Part shown: piece by piece, positions 19,396 through 28,565 of the stretch
How positions within the stretch are numbered: position 1 is the first letter of the stretch
How the letters are laid out: each line of letters starts with the position of its first letter
Assembly: GCA_024720975.1 (NCBI GenBank)
Contig: JANJXX010000010.1
Span: 1 to 34,819, forward strand
Length of the DNA stretch: 34,819 nt
DNA from: Thermoproteota archaeon
GTDB taxonomy: Archaea; Asgardarchaeota; Njordarchaeia; Njordarchaeales; Panguiarchaeaceae
Reading direction: 5' to 3'
Program-made: the position numbers and the translations under genes
Notes under the pieces: model-generated
Databases searched by the model: none
The model's input: only the letters and a program-made list of their open reading frames with translations
What the model was told of the DNA's origin: nothing

Positions 19396-20289
19396 ATGTG
19401 CAAAATGTTAGGGTTAGTCAGTAACCTAGAGACATATATTGGTCCCTCCTATGAGATACTAGTCAGAATACTTCGCCAGCTCTGCGAAGGAGGAGATTGC
19501 CACGGAGATGGCTCGGGCTTTGCATGGTATGGAGCTAATGGCTGGGATGTAAAAAAGACCGAAAAGCCATTGTGGGAATCTAAAGAATTAGGTAGCTTCA
19601 TAGCGTATACGCGAAGTGTTGCGATGATAATCCATGCTCGGAGGTCATCATATCCAGCGATTTCCCTTCAAGGACCTAGAGTTGATAATTCGCATCCATT
19701 TCTGGCGGAGCTTTTTGGCTTTAAATGGGTATTTGCTCACAATGGAGCCGTCGATTTCAGAGATGATTTATACAGACTTAGCGTTAAGGATAAAGTGTTA
19801 GAATACAGGGGAAGAGTTTATAAGCTTGAAAGCTATGGAATAGACAGTGAAATTTTCTTTAGAATATTATTGCATACAATAGAAGAATTAGGAGAGGAAG
19901 AACCCAAGAGCGTCCCGGCGGCACTAAGGAGAATGCTAACTAGCGATATGTTCAGAAGAATTCACGCACTCAACTTTATTATGGGAAGTAACAAGTACCT
20001 CTATGCGTTCCGCTTCTGCGATGAGAGATACGCTGAGGCTGGTAAGTACTCGCTCTACTACCTAAAGCGTACAGGACTTAGTGAAGCTGGTAGGATCCTC
20101 TTGAGGAGGCCGAATGAGGCCAACCTCATAATAAGCTCCGAACCGTTCACGTCAGACAAATGGATTGGCGTTGCTAGAGAAATTAAGAAAGATCTCCCAA
20201 CAGAGGAATGGATACCGCTAGAAAATGGCGAAATTCTGATAGTTCCAATAGGTAAACCGGATAAAGCTACAAAGGAGGCAGTTCTATAA
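19396..20289 (+). CDS. class II glutamine amidotransferase (YafJ/EgtC/Dug3 family)
   Basis: N-terminal nucleophile MCKMLG, HGDGSG, IHAR, NSHPF, FAHNG, DSE and SEP. Confidence 0.9.
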   Translation: MCKMLGLVSNLETYIGPSYEILVRILRQLCEGGDCHGDGSGFAWYGANGWDVKKTEKPLWESKELGSFIAYTRSVAMIIHARRSSYPAISLQGPRVDNSHPFLAELFGFKWVFAHNGAVDFRDDLYRLSVKDKVLEYRGRVYKLESYGIDSEIFFRILLHTIEELGEEEPKSVPAALRRMLTSDMFRRIHALNFIMGSNKYLYAFRFCDERYAEAGKYSLYYLKRTGLSEAGRILLRRPNEANLIISSEPFTSDKWIGVAREIKKDLPTEEWIPLENGEILIVPIGKPDKATKEAVL

Positions 20290-20321
20290 ATCATAAAGCT
20301 TTCCTTAGGTCCGCGGGATAA

Positions 20322-21134
20322 ATGCAAGTATTGAGACTCAATGAAATATTCGGCGATTTAAGAAAGGTAATAATTGGTGTAGTGCACCTCAAACCCCTTC
20401 CTGGAGCTCCATTATGGAACGGAGATTTGAATGACATAATTGAGTCAGCCCTAAGGGATGCGAGGTCACTGGAAGATGGTGGAGTTCACGGGATCTTGGT
20501 GGAGAACTTTGGTGACTTTCCCTATAAAATCCGTGTTAGGGATCCAGAGACGCTGGCCGCCTTTACTTTGGTATCGCGAGAAGTTGTAAGGGAGGTCTCT
20601 ATTCCTGTGGGTCTAAATCTGCTCAGAAATTCTGCGATTGAGGCTGCATCAATAGCATACGTAGTAGGAGCAAAATTCATAAGAGTTAATGTATTCTCTG
20701 AACCAATGATAACAGACTCTGGAATAATTCAGCCTGCTGCTCCTGTTCTATTAAGACACATTAGTAAGTTGAATGCAAGATTAGGAATACTCGCAGATGT
20801 GAATGTGAAGCATGCTTATCCAATAACCCGCAGACCCATAGAGGATGTAGTTATTGATGCATTCAGGAGAGGAAATGCCTCATGCGTAGTCCTCACTGGA
20901 AGAAGGACCGGAGTTCCCCCTAGTAAGAATGTTCTCGAAAGGATCAGCAAGCTCGAGGAGGGACCTGTTCTCATTGGAAGTGGACTTGCGATTAGCAACA
21001 TTGATTTGCTCAAATTGGCAAATGGTGCTATTGTTGGGACATTTTTTAAGGAGCATGGAGATATAAGAAACCCCATTGACAAAGAAAGAGTTAGTAGGTT
21101 TATGGAAGCTGTTAGGAGTGTATCGTTGCCTTAG
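20322..21134 (+). CDS. BtpA/SgcQ-family TIM-barrel protein
   Basis: IGVVHL.PLPG, ENFGDFPY, GLNLLRN, DVNVKH, TG..TG, GSG and IVGT.FK. Confidence 0.93.
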   Translation: MQVLRLNEIFGDLRKVIIGVVHLKPLPGAPLWNGDLNDIIESALRDARSLEDGGVHGILVENFGDFPYKIRVRDPETLAAFTLVSREVVREVSIPVGLNLLRNSAIEAASIAYVVGAKFIRVNVFSEPMITDSGIIQPAAPVLLRHISKLNARLGILADVNVKHAYPITRRPIEDVVIDAFRRGNASCVVLTGRRTGVPPSKNVLERISKLEEGPVLIGSGLAISNIDLLKLANGAIVGTFFKEHGDIRNPIDKERVSRFMEAVRSVSLP

Positions 21135-21278
21135 GTTTGAATGCCTAGCACCTTAAACTTTAAAGATTTCAAAATCTTCAAGACTACTATAGCATTAAAA
21201 ACCATTTTCTGAATTATACTTTGAGCGAAGATATATAAAGTCTTGACTCTCACAACAGGCGGAGTAGGTCATATCAGT

Positions 21279-22397
21279 ATGAAGCAGGAGAAAACTCAGA
21301 AGACGTCTACTTGGATAGATGAAAACAAAATTTTGAATCTGATCAAAGCAGTAAATGAAGGTCTCGATGAAATCCTAATACAAATGCGAGAGGACAAAGT
21401 CTCGAAGGTCATTCCAGTGTACGAGTCAATACAGCCTCCGCAGAGTCATCTTCAAGTGACGTGTGATTCTGTATTAATACCAATTGAGCCCATTAAAAAC
21501 TACTATCCAAGATTGCCTGCCGACATTCTCGCAAAAACTGAGGAAGTTTTAAAGATTCTTGAAGATGAGGATGTAACAATAGTTGCTATTGACACTGGCA
21601 GATTCACATATGGTCCGCACGCGATCATAAACTTTGTTGTTATAAATGTTGGCTACTGGTACTATAGGTATAAGACCAAATTTGGAAAGTGTGCCAACGT
21701 ATCTAGGCTTCTTTCCGACATTACGAGGGACGTAGACGCACAAATACGTGCTAAGGAATTTGAGAAAGAAGTCATTGATAGCCTCTTAGATGAAGTTCAA
21801 GGAGAGAAAGTATTTGTCCTACTTGATGAGTGTCTATCTTTAGGCTATACACTATCTTTCGCTGAGGATGCGCGCTCTGAGATGATCAATAGGGTTGTTG
21901 AATTTATAGATGCAGTTATGAGAAAGGATGCTATTCCAGTCGGTATCTTCTACACAGGAGCAAGCAACATCTACGGAGGGATACTCATGCTAAATCCAAG
22001 TGTTGATATCCCTAGAGTTTCGGATGTGGCTCTTATGAATCGGGTCCTAGATCAGTTTAGTCGTTCGCCACTATTTGCAGCTTATAATAGAGCCATATGC
22101 GATAAAAGCCTTAAGATTTTGGCCTTCTATATCAAAGTTAAAGAGGGAAATATCCTAAGAATAGAGTTTCCAGAGCAATTGAGGGATCGAGTAGATGATA
22201 TACACTTGATTGTGGCATTTCAGTCTATACTAGGAGGTGGATATCCACTGGCTCTCCAAAGGGCACATGACAAAGCGGTGCTCGATGCTGAATATAGGCG
22301 CCTCATACTAGAGGAAGTTTGTAGAAGATTAGGTTTGCCGATTACTGATCTGATTCTTACTAAGAAGCAGATTAGAAAAGCCTGGCCAGTAGAATAA
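21279..22397 (+). CDS. nurA: NurA-family nuclease (divergent)
   Basis: VAIDTG, VLLDEC, RIEFP and GYPLALQRAHDKAVL. Start approximate. Confidence 0.8.
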   Translation: MKQEKTQKTSTWIDENKILNLIKAVNEGLDEILIQMREDKVSKVIPVYESIQPPQSHLQVTCDSVLIPIEPIKNYYPRLPADILAKTEEVLKILEDEDVTIVAIDTGRFTYGPHAIINFVVINVGYWYYRYKTKFGKCANVSRLLSDITRDVDAQIRAKEFEKEVIDSLLDEVQGEKVFVLLDECLSLGYTLSFAEDARSEMINRVVEFIDAVMRKDAIPVGIFYTGASNIYGGILMLNPSVDIPRVSDVALMNRVLDQFSRSPLFAAYNRAICDKSLKILAFYIKVKEGNILRIEFPEQLRDRVDDIHLIVAFQSILGGGYPLALQRAHDKAVLDAEYRRLILEEVCRRLGLPITDLILTKKQIRKAWPVE

Positions 22398-22426
22398 GCT
22401 CCCAAAGCTCGGTTGAGGTCTCAAAT

Positions 22427-23176
22427 ATGATTATGCTCGCAATCTTATCAACAATACTGATAATTCTGGTGGTATATCTACTATGGAATTTTCCGTGGTT
22501 GACTGGATATTTTGAACCTATAATCTACACACGGAAGCTTTCAGGAAGCAAAGTAGCTGTTTTCTCTGATACGCATATAGAGAGAGGAAGCCTCCCAACA
22601 AGTCTGACAGAATTTATTTTGAAGGAGAAATTTGATCTCTTGGTAGCAGCTGGAGATTTAATTGAGTATGGACACAAGAGAATAAGAGCCAACGACTTAG
22701 AGCGCAAGTTAGCAGAGATATTCAGCCAAGTTATACAATGTCCTTCTATCAGGGAAATCTTCTATATAACAAGTACGAGCTCTCACGATCCAAAGATAGA
22801 TAAAATACTAGAGCTAATGATCAACGGAAAAAAGGTTACAGTCGTGCCAGGGGTTCTCATACTCGATGATTCTGTCAAATACTACATCACACATGGGGAT
22901 TACGCATCAAGAAATGGCAGCATTGCCCGCATACTTAATAGAATTTTTGATCTCTGGACAGAGAAAAGGCTGAGAAAAGCTCTGAAGATGTCTAGCGAAG
23001 CATGGCTAATATGTGGACACACTCACATATCACGAGTAAGTACCGAATTAAGAATTGTAAATACAGGAAGCTGGCACAGAAAGGCTCTAGCCAAGCCAGA
23101 GTTCACGCTAGCAGTTATCGATACTGGAAAAAATATAGTAGCCCTAGAGAAGTTAGCGATTACTCCAGCCCGTTAG
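22427..23176 (+). CDS. membrane-anchored calcineurin-like metallophosphoesterase (LpxH-like)
   Basis: N-terminal TM; SDTH, GDLI, SSHD (in place of GNHD), THGD, GHTH and NTGSW. Confidence 0.85.
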   Translation: MIMLAILSTILIILVVYLLWNFPWLTGYFEPIIYTRKLSGSKVAVFSDTHIERGSLPTSLTEFILKEKFDLLVAAGDLIEYGHKRIRANDLERKLAEIFSQVIQCPSIREIFYITSTSSHDPKIDKILELMINGKKVTVVPGVLILDDSVKYYITHGDYASRNGSIARILNRIFDLWTEKRLRKALKMSSEAWLICGHTHISRVSTELRIVNTGSWHRKALAKPEFTLAVIDTGKNIVALEKLAITPAR

Positions 23177-23327
23177 CTACCACGCTAGGCATCTGATTGC
23201 TCCATTCAGTTCCCCTAAAACATGGGCTTCTTGTGTTCTCATCTAGTAGCGAGACCGCCGAGAGACGTATAAGCTGGCACTACTTAGCCTACCTTAGGGA
23301 ATGATCATTCCTTAATCCTAGTAACTA

Positions 23328-23843
23328 TTAAGCTAGTCCAAAAGCCTCGCTCCAAGTTTTGTAGTCAGAGGTATCTACTGATAAAGTCCATTCATTGAGC
23401 TTATCTTTGATTCTTGATACTAATTTCTTAATCTCATTTTTGTCCTTTAGATTAGCATCCATTGCGAATAGAACTACATTTTTATCCTCTTTAAAATTCC
23501 CCCATAACTCTATATGAAGTGGAATACCAGCAGTTTCGAGAGCTCTCTTTAGAATGTACAGATTATTCAAATGATTTCTATAATCATTTGGCAGAATAAG
23601 TGCTATTCCACTTTCCGGGTGCAGACCAGCTTTTCGATTCTGCAAGTGTCTCACAAGCTCGTTTAGGATAGCATCACTTGAATTTCTCTCAGTGTTATCT
23701 AGGACCGTAAGGTTCAAAAGCAGGGCTGCTAATATCTGTGCAAAGATTGCAGTTTCGTTGTCTTCAGGGTAGTAGTGAATTGGGAAACTTAAGTCGCTCG
23801 GAAATGCGATGATTAAAGATTTATTGCGATTAGTATCTTGCAT
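23328..23843 (-). CDS. hypothetical protein, possibly longin-like fold
   Basis: 171-aa ORF with a GGGGT RBS and an upstream TATA-rich tract. Its beta/alpha pattern ends VVLFAMD...EIKKLVSRIKDKLNEW. Confidence 0.6.
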   Translation of the reverse strand: MQDTNRNKSLIIAFPSDLSFPIHYYPEDNETAIFAQILAALLLNLTVLDNTERNSSDAILNELVRHLQNRKAGLHPESGIALILPNDYRNHLNNLYILKRALETAGIPLHIELWGNFKEDKNVVLFAMDANLKDKNEIKKLVSRIKDKLNEWTLSVDTSDYKTWSEAFGLA

Positions 23844-23999
23844 GTACGACCCCTAATTGGTGTTTTGTATCTATATATATTAAGGTTAAGTGGTGCATTT
23901 AAAATTTTATTTGTTAATATTTCCAGCATATAAAATATGCTTGAATAAAAATTCACTCTTTAGAGTTTAAAACAGTAAAAATAAGGATATGGCACACCA

Positions 24000-24050
24000 A
24001 TGATGAGCCAGCTGAGAACTGATCTTAATGATGATTGTTAAAAGCTCTGA
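24000..24050 (+). ncRNA. C/D-box 2'-O-methylation guide sRNA
   Basis: ATGATGA (24000-06) - 12 nt GCCAGCTGAGAA - CTGA (24019-22) - ATGATGA (24028-34) - 12 nt TTGTTAAAAGCT - CTGA (24047-50). Four perfect boxes with canonical 12-nt guides, intergenic. Confidence 0.92.
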
Positions 24051-24111
24051 CTTTAGTACTTTTATATCCTGTTTTGATTTACGAGTAATTGCTTTTCTTG
24101 GTGCTTTAATA

Positions 24112-24705
24112 ATGCGCCTGCTGGTAATTTCCGACACGCATGAAAATGTGAGAGTCCTTGATGCATTGCAGGATGTTATTGGTAAGCTTAAGCCTGAAGT
24201 TGTTATACACTGTGGAGATTTTATCTCACCAATAATCATTAGGAGATTGCTGAGGCTAGATGTAGATATTCAAGGGGTGTTTGGGAATAATGATGGAGAT
24301 GTAGATACAATATCTAGACTAGTAAAGGGTTCAAGAATACTCATAGAGAGTCAGCCCAAAGAGATTGAAATAAATGGTGAGAGAGCACTCGTTTTACATG
24401 GGTGGAAAAGCGTTGAACTGACACGAAGAATGGTGAAATCTCTGGCTCTAGGTGGTGATTATAGGTATATTTTCTACGGACACACGCATAACGTCGAACT
24501 AAGTATAATCAAGAATAGGAATTACCAAGTTCTTCAGGATGGATACAGTGAGGACACATCCTATAAGTTTAAAGTCGATGAATTTGACTCATTGGTACTT
24601 AATCCTGGAGAAGCATCAGGGATTCTAACTGGTATATCTACGTATGCATCGTTAGAGGTTACTAGGGATTATGTTCTAGTTGAAATAAAAAGATTAGAGG
24701 TTTGA
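24112..24705 (+). CDS. YfcE/MJ0936/Vps29-family metallophosphoesterase
   Basis: ISDTHEN, HCGDF, GNNDG, LHG, GHTH and NPGE. The true start is MRLLVISD at 24112; the longer ORF runs through the sRNA. Confidence 0.9.
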   Translation: MRLLVISDTHENVRVLDALQDVIGKLKPEVVIHCGDFISPIIIRRLLRLDVDIQGVFGNNDGDVDTISRLVKGSRILIESQPKEIEINGERALVLHGWKSVELTRRMVKSLALGGDYRYIFYGHTHNVELSIIKNRNYQVLQDGYSEDTSYKFKVDEFDSLVLNPGEASGILTGISTYASLEVTRDYVLVEIKRLEV

Positions 24706-24714
24706 TATTCTAGA

Positions 24715-25107
24715 TCAGAATTTTAGCTCAGTTTCTGAACTCCAAAGGCCGTGAATATTGCAGTATGAAAAAGCAATAAGCTTTCCAGGTTTTTCGGTTC
24801 TAAATGAAAACACAGCAATCGGCTCCGTATAAACCCCACTCGTGTTAGGTCCCTTTACGGATTCTCCATGGGCATTAAACTCAACAAAGCCTAGATCATA
24901 TGGAAAATTGGAGTCTTCGGGCCAGAATAATAGTCTGATCCATCTTATATGATGTTCAGTAGTATTTGGATGCGGAATTTCTTTACCAACGGATACGCGA
25001 ACCGTTATGAGTTTTTTTGCTTCGGCTTTCTCTAGGATCTCAATGACTGGAACGTGCTTTTCGGTTTTCCAATCAGCGGTTTTGAATATGTATGACAATT
25101 TTATCAC
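24715..25107 (-). CDS. sor: superoxide reductase (neelaredoxin, 1Fe-SOR)
   Basis: EKHVP, HPNTTEHHI and CNIHGLW iron ligands. Confidence 0.95.
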   Translation of the reverse strand: MIKLSYIFKTADWKTEKHVPVIEILEKAEAKKLITVRVSVGKEIPHPNTTEHHIRWIRLLFWPEDSNFPYDLGFVEFNAHGESVKGPNTSGVYTEPIAVFSFRTEKPGKLIAFSYCNIHGLWSSETELKF

Positions 25108-25292
25108 GCGAGATACTAGTTATTCAATTGCTTAATACATTTTTTAAGGTTTAAAAGATATTTATCAATATAGATAACTTATTGCTGAGAAATAAAGTAT
25201 CGTCTTTTATATTTTCTAATTATTGACGTTAATGTCTCAAAATTGATCTTGTCTAGGTTTATTAATTAAGTCGACTAATATTATTATAGTAT

Positions 25293-25832
25293 ATGCGATT
25301 CTTGCGGTGGCAACCAGTGGCATGCTATGACGTCTTGCAAGCAATAACCGAGAGAAGATCTATTAGGAAATATAGACCGGATAAAGTAGACTGCAACTTG
25401 ATATTGAAGCTTTTAGAAGCGGCTAGATGGACGCCCTCAGCCAAAAATGCGCAACCGTGGGAATTTATAATTGTTGATGACAAAGCAAAAATAGAAGCGA
25501 TCGCAAAAATTAAAGGCAGTAGTTGGATTGCAAGTGCTCCGATTCTAATAGTCGCTGTATCTGATCCAAGTGTAAGTCCTGTATATCACATGTCCGATAC
25601 TGCTATGGCTCTACATAACATCTCCCTTGCTGCCTTGAAATACGGTCTTGGAACTTGTTGGATTGGTATGCATGAGTGGAAAGAGGTAAAGGAGCTTCTT
25701 AAGATTCCACCGAACAAGACCCTAGTTGGAGCGTTAGCGGTTGGATACCCAGACGAAAAACCGCCCGCGAAAGAAAGAAAACCCATATCAGCAATAGCTT
25801 ACTATAATGAGTATGGATGTAGTATAAAATAA
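25293..25832 (+). CDS. nitroreductase family protein
   Basis: RRSIRKY, PSAKNAQPW, GLGTCWIG and VGYP. The start may be the downstream GTG. Confidence 0.93.
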   Translation: MRFLRWQPVACYDVLQAITERRSIRKYRPDKVDCNLILKLLEAARWTPSAKNAQPWEFIIVDDKAKIEAIAKIKGSSWIASAPILIVAVSDPSVSPVYHMSDTAMALHNISLAALKYGLGTCWIGMHEWKEVKELLKIPPNKTLVGALAVGYPDEKPPAKERKPISAIAYYNEYGCSIK

Positions 25833-25932
25833 GATTCTACCTTTGAAACGCTTTTCGCTGTATGAATTGGCTTTTGAATAACAATTGAAAACTTTTGGAA
25901 CTCCTTGCTAAAGGTTTGGTTCTAGAGAAAAA

Positions 25933-27024
25933 ATGGCAGCATCCTACGTGGAAAGATTACTATGGAAGTACTTTAAAGATAATGTGTTTGGCGGATTCAG
26001 TAGCTTTATAGACAGGAGTGCGCTTCCATGGACACTACTAATCTCATCAATGCTAGCATGTGAGTACTTATACAAAATAAGACCTGGATCAACAGTGCTC
26101 GTCGCCTTATCTCTAATGTTGATTGGAATTATTCTATGGAAACGTCCAATGAATTTCAGAGCGGCAATAATAAGCGCTATACTACTCAGCGCTCTATGGG
26201 CATATCCCGCAAAATTTGGATCAGGGTTTATTGATTTTCTAAATAACATAAGCATGCTTTATGGAACTCTATTCGCGTGGTATCTATTTAATGCCTCCAT
26301 GTTTATAATTCAGACAGCCAACTTTTTTGCATCTACAGCAGGAATAGTAATTCTATATGGTAGTGATAAAGAGAGGATTTTCCTATCACCACTGGAGCAG
26401 TTAATTTCTGCATCAGTGCTAGGATTGGCTGTCTGGAAACTCGAAACGAGACTTCTAGATCTAATAATAGTATCTGCCCCAATCCTGATAACATTATTAT
26501 TTGCACACGTTATCATGAGAGGTAAAGGAAGAATTTTAAAAAGTGCATATGGACTATTCACGTTTGTTGTTGTGCCATCAACAATAGGATTTGTGATGGG
26601 ACTAGGAAGGACCGTAAATGCAACTATCTGGTTTATAATAGCGGTATTCTCACTGCTATTTGCAATTCAAAACTACACAAGAACCCTAGTTAGAGAGAAG
26701 AGAGTTGGTTTAAAATTTGGCTTCCTAGCATTTCTGGGATTAATCCTGCTGATTCTTCATCTCATTATCACCCCAGAATATTCATTAGCTATATCAATAA
26801 GAGATGTATGGCTTCTATCGATATTAGCTGCAGCACTCGCTCCAATCGTATCTGCAATATACTTTTATGCAACAGGGAAGATTGAATACTATGTTAGAAG
26901 AAATATGTTTACATGGAAAACGATAGTACGAGAAATATCAACCGTGCTAGGGATGAAAGCTTTGGAAGGAATCAGAGGTATCATCTGGGGGGAAGTAATG
27001 AAGCTATTCGGAGGAAGGAAGTAG
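25933..27024 (+). CDS. polytopic membrane protein of unknown function
   Basis: 363 aa with about 10 hydrophobic segments. Confidence 0.7.
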   Translation: MAASYVERLLWKYFKDNVFGGFSSFIDRSALPWTLLISSMLACEYLYKIRPGSTVLVALSLMLIGIILWKRPMNFRAAIISAILLSALWAYPAKFGSGFIDFLNNISMLYGTLFAWYLFNASMFIIQTANFFASTAGIVILYGSDKERIFLSPLEQLISASVLGLAVWKLETRLLDLIIVSAPILITLLFAHVIMRGKGRILKSAYGLFTFVVVPSTIGFVMGLGRTVNATIWFIIAVFSLLFAIQNYTRTLVREKRVGLKFGFLAFLGLILLILHLIITPEYSLAISIRDVWLLSILAAALAPIVSAIYFYATGKIEYYVRRNMFTWKTIVREISTVLGMKALEGIRGIIWGEVMKLFGGRK

Positions 27025-27052
27025 TACAATTATACGGCTCAGGCTATTAAAC

Positions 27053-27520
27053 TCAAAGCGTTAACACAAATACATAGGCATCTTCACCATCCTCATAATA
27101 TTTTTTCATTGTAGATACAATTCTAAAGCCCAGCTTCTCATAAAGCCTAATCGCATCAGTATTAGACACACGGCATTCAAGACGAATAGTTCGCGCTCCT
27201 AACCTTTTGAATTCTTCTATTGTTTTTTGCATTAGTAGTGTCCCCAAACCCATCCTCCTATATTCTGGATGTACCGCCACACTGTAGACATGACCAAATA
27301 GATCACCTTTATAGTTTTCGAGCATACTGCAAGAGTATCCAACGATTCTATTTCCAAGCTGAGCTACAATGAATACATCCGCATTAGCCAGCAGAAATAT
27401 AAGATACTGCCGCGAGTAAGGTGCCTTAAAACTCAGCTTCTCTATTGTATAAATATCAGGGAGATCCTGAAGCATAGCCTTTCTAATGATTATTCCTGAG
27501 TAATTGTCCTCAGGGAGCAT
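27053..27520 (-). CDS. rimI: RimI/Ard1-type N-terminal acetyltransferase (GNAT)
   Basis: IEKLSF..PY, VAVHPEYRRMGLG, LECRVSN..AI.LY.KLGF and YYEDGEDA. Confidence 0.92.
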   Translation of the reverse strand: MLPEDNYSGIIIRKAMLQDLPDIYTIEKLSFKAPYSRQYLIFLLANADVFIVAQLGNRIVGYSCSMLENYKGDLFGHVYSVAVHPEYRRMGLGTLLMQKTIEEFKRLGARTIRLECRVSNTDAIRLYEKLGFRIVSTMKKYYEDGEDAYVFVLTL

Positions 27521-27576
27521 GTGATCACTTAATAACTTTCAGTGATTTCCCTATGTAGAAAAATTAGAAAAAAGAT

Positions 27577-28422
27577 TTATGGACCGAATATTCTTTGGGC
27601 CCAATTTGGCCATACAAGACCTGAGTATAGGAGTATCGCAGATGTAGCAAGGGATAACAACTTTGCATATGTAACGATAATCATGGCGATTTTTGCCCAT
27701 TCAACTTGTGTAGCCAGGGCTGCGAGTATACCATGGGGCATCATCAGAAACACTAGTAATAATAACAAGACAAGGGCTATGGTTACAAGTTTTATCCTCT
27801 TTGCTCCAGCTGGCAATTTCTCTAGCTCTGGACCTAGCTTTGCTTTAAGAGAAACATAAAACTTATGTACACTCATGATCCCCACAATTAATAGAAATAT
27901 TCCAGTTATCGGTTTAGTGTCGAATGCTCCTTCAGGTCTAATCATGTGCCACCAGTTATATGGGTTTAAACCAAGTGCTATACCCACAATACTGAGTGTA
28001 TAGAAAATGTAGTCAATGGGTTTTATTTCTCCAAGCTTATGGACACTATATGCATAAATCAACGAGAATGCTATAAAGACCCCCGTAACTGACAAGCTCG
28101 TGGCAGTTGGGTATAGGTAAAATGCTACATCAGCACCCAGTTGTATCAGCACTCTAGAATCATTCGTTAAGTAGAACAGTATATCTCCAAGTACATGGAT
28201 AGAATCAAAGAATGCTACTGTTAATATTGCAATTCCAAAATATTTGTATTCAACCCTCTGAGGAAACGTTCGATAAGTTCTCAAGAATAGAAGCCCCGCT
28301 ATCCACATTATAGTAAGGTAGACTATACCAATAATGAGCATTGCTAGAAATCCCCAGGTACCGTAGGGGTATGGTCGAGGCTGGGCATTAGCCCACATAG
28401 GCCAAGGGAGAGTTAGAGTCAT
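27577..28422 (-). CDS. seven-transmembrane protein without cytoplasmic output domain
   Basis: Seven hydrophobic segments counted by eye. C-terminal YSGLVWPNW motif. Confidence 0.7.
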   Translation of the reverse strand: MTLTLPWPMWANAQPRPYPYGTWGFLAMLIIGIVYLTIMWIAGLLFLRTYRTFPQRVEYKYFGIAILTVAFFDSIHVLGDILFYLTNDSRVLIQLGADVAFYLYPTATSLSVTGVFIAFSLIYAYSVHKLGEIKPIDYIFYTLSIVGIALGLNPYNWWHMIRPEGAFDTKPITGIFLLIVGIMSVHKFYVSLKAKLGPELEKLPAGAKRIKLVTIALVLLLLLVFLMMPHGILAALATQVEWAKIAMIIVTYAKLLSLATSAILLYSGLVWPNWAQRIFGP

Positions 28423-28565
28423 ATTACACCACCAGTCGTGTTTTAAACTATCCTAACTGCAGTATTATAAAGTATTATTTAAAAATATGGCAGAGAACTC
28501 TTATAATGTTAGGATTATGAGGTAAAAATGAAAACGGTAGAGCTTGCATCGGGCTAATTTTTGGG

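Noticed and set aside
22427-23176. Mre11 next to nurA
   Set aside because: Too short, has an N-terminal TM, lacks a capping domain and has no rad50 nearby.
24028-24111. N-terminal extension of the YfcE ORF and antisense ORF 23967-24239
   Set aside because: The upstream ATGs are the C' box of the sRNA. The family domain begins at 24112.
27577-28422. Rhodopsin/heliorhodopsin call for the 7TM protein (Lys in helix 7)
   Set aside because: No DxxxK or SLVAK motif and no recognisable helix-3 retinal-pocket motif.
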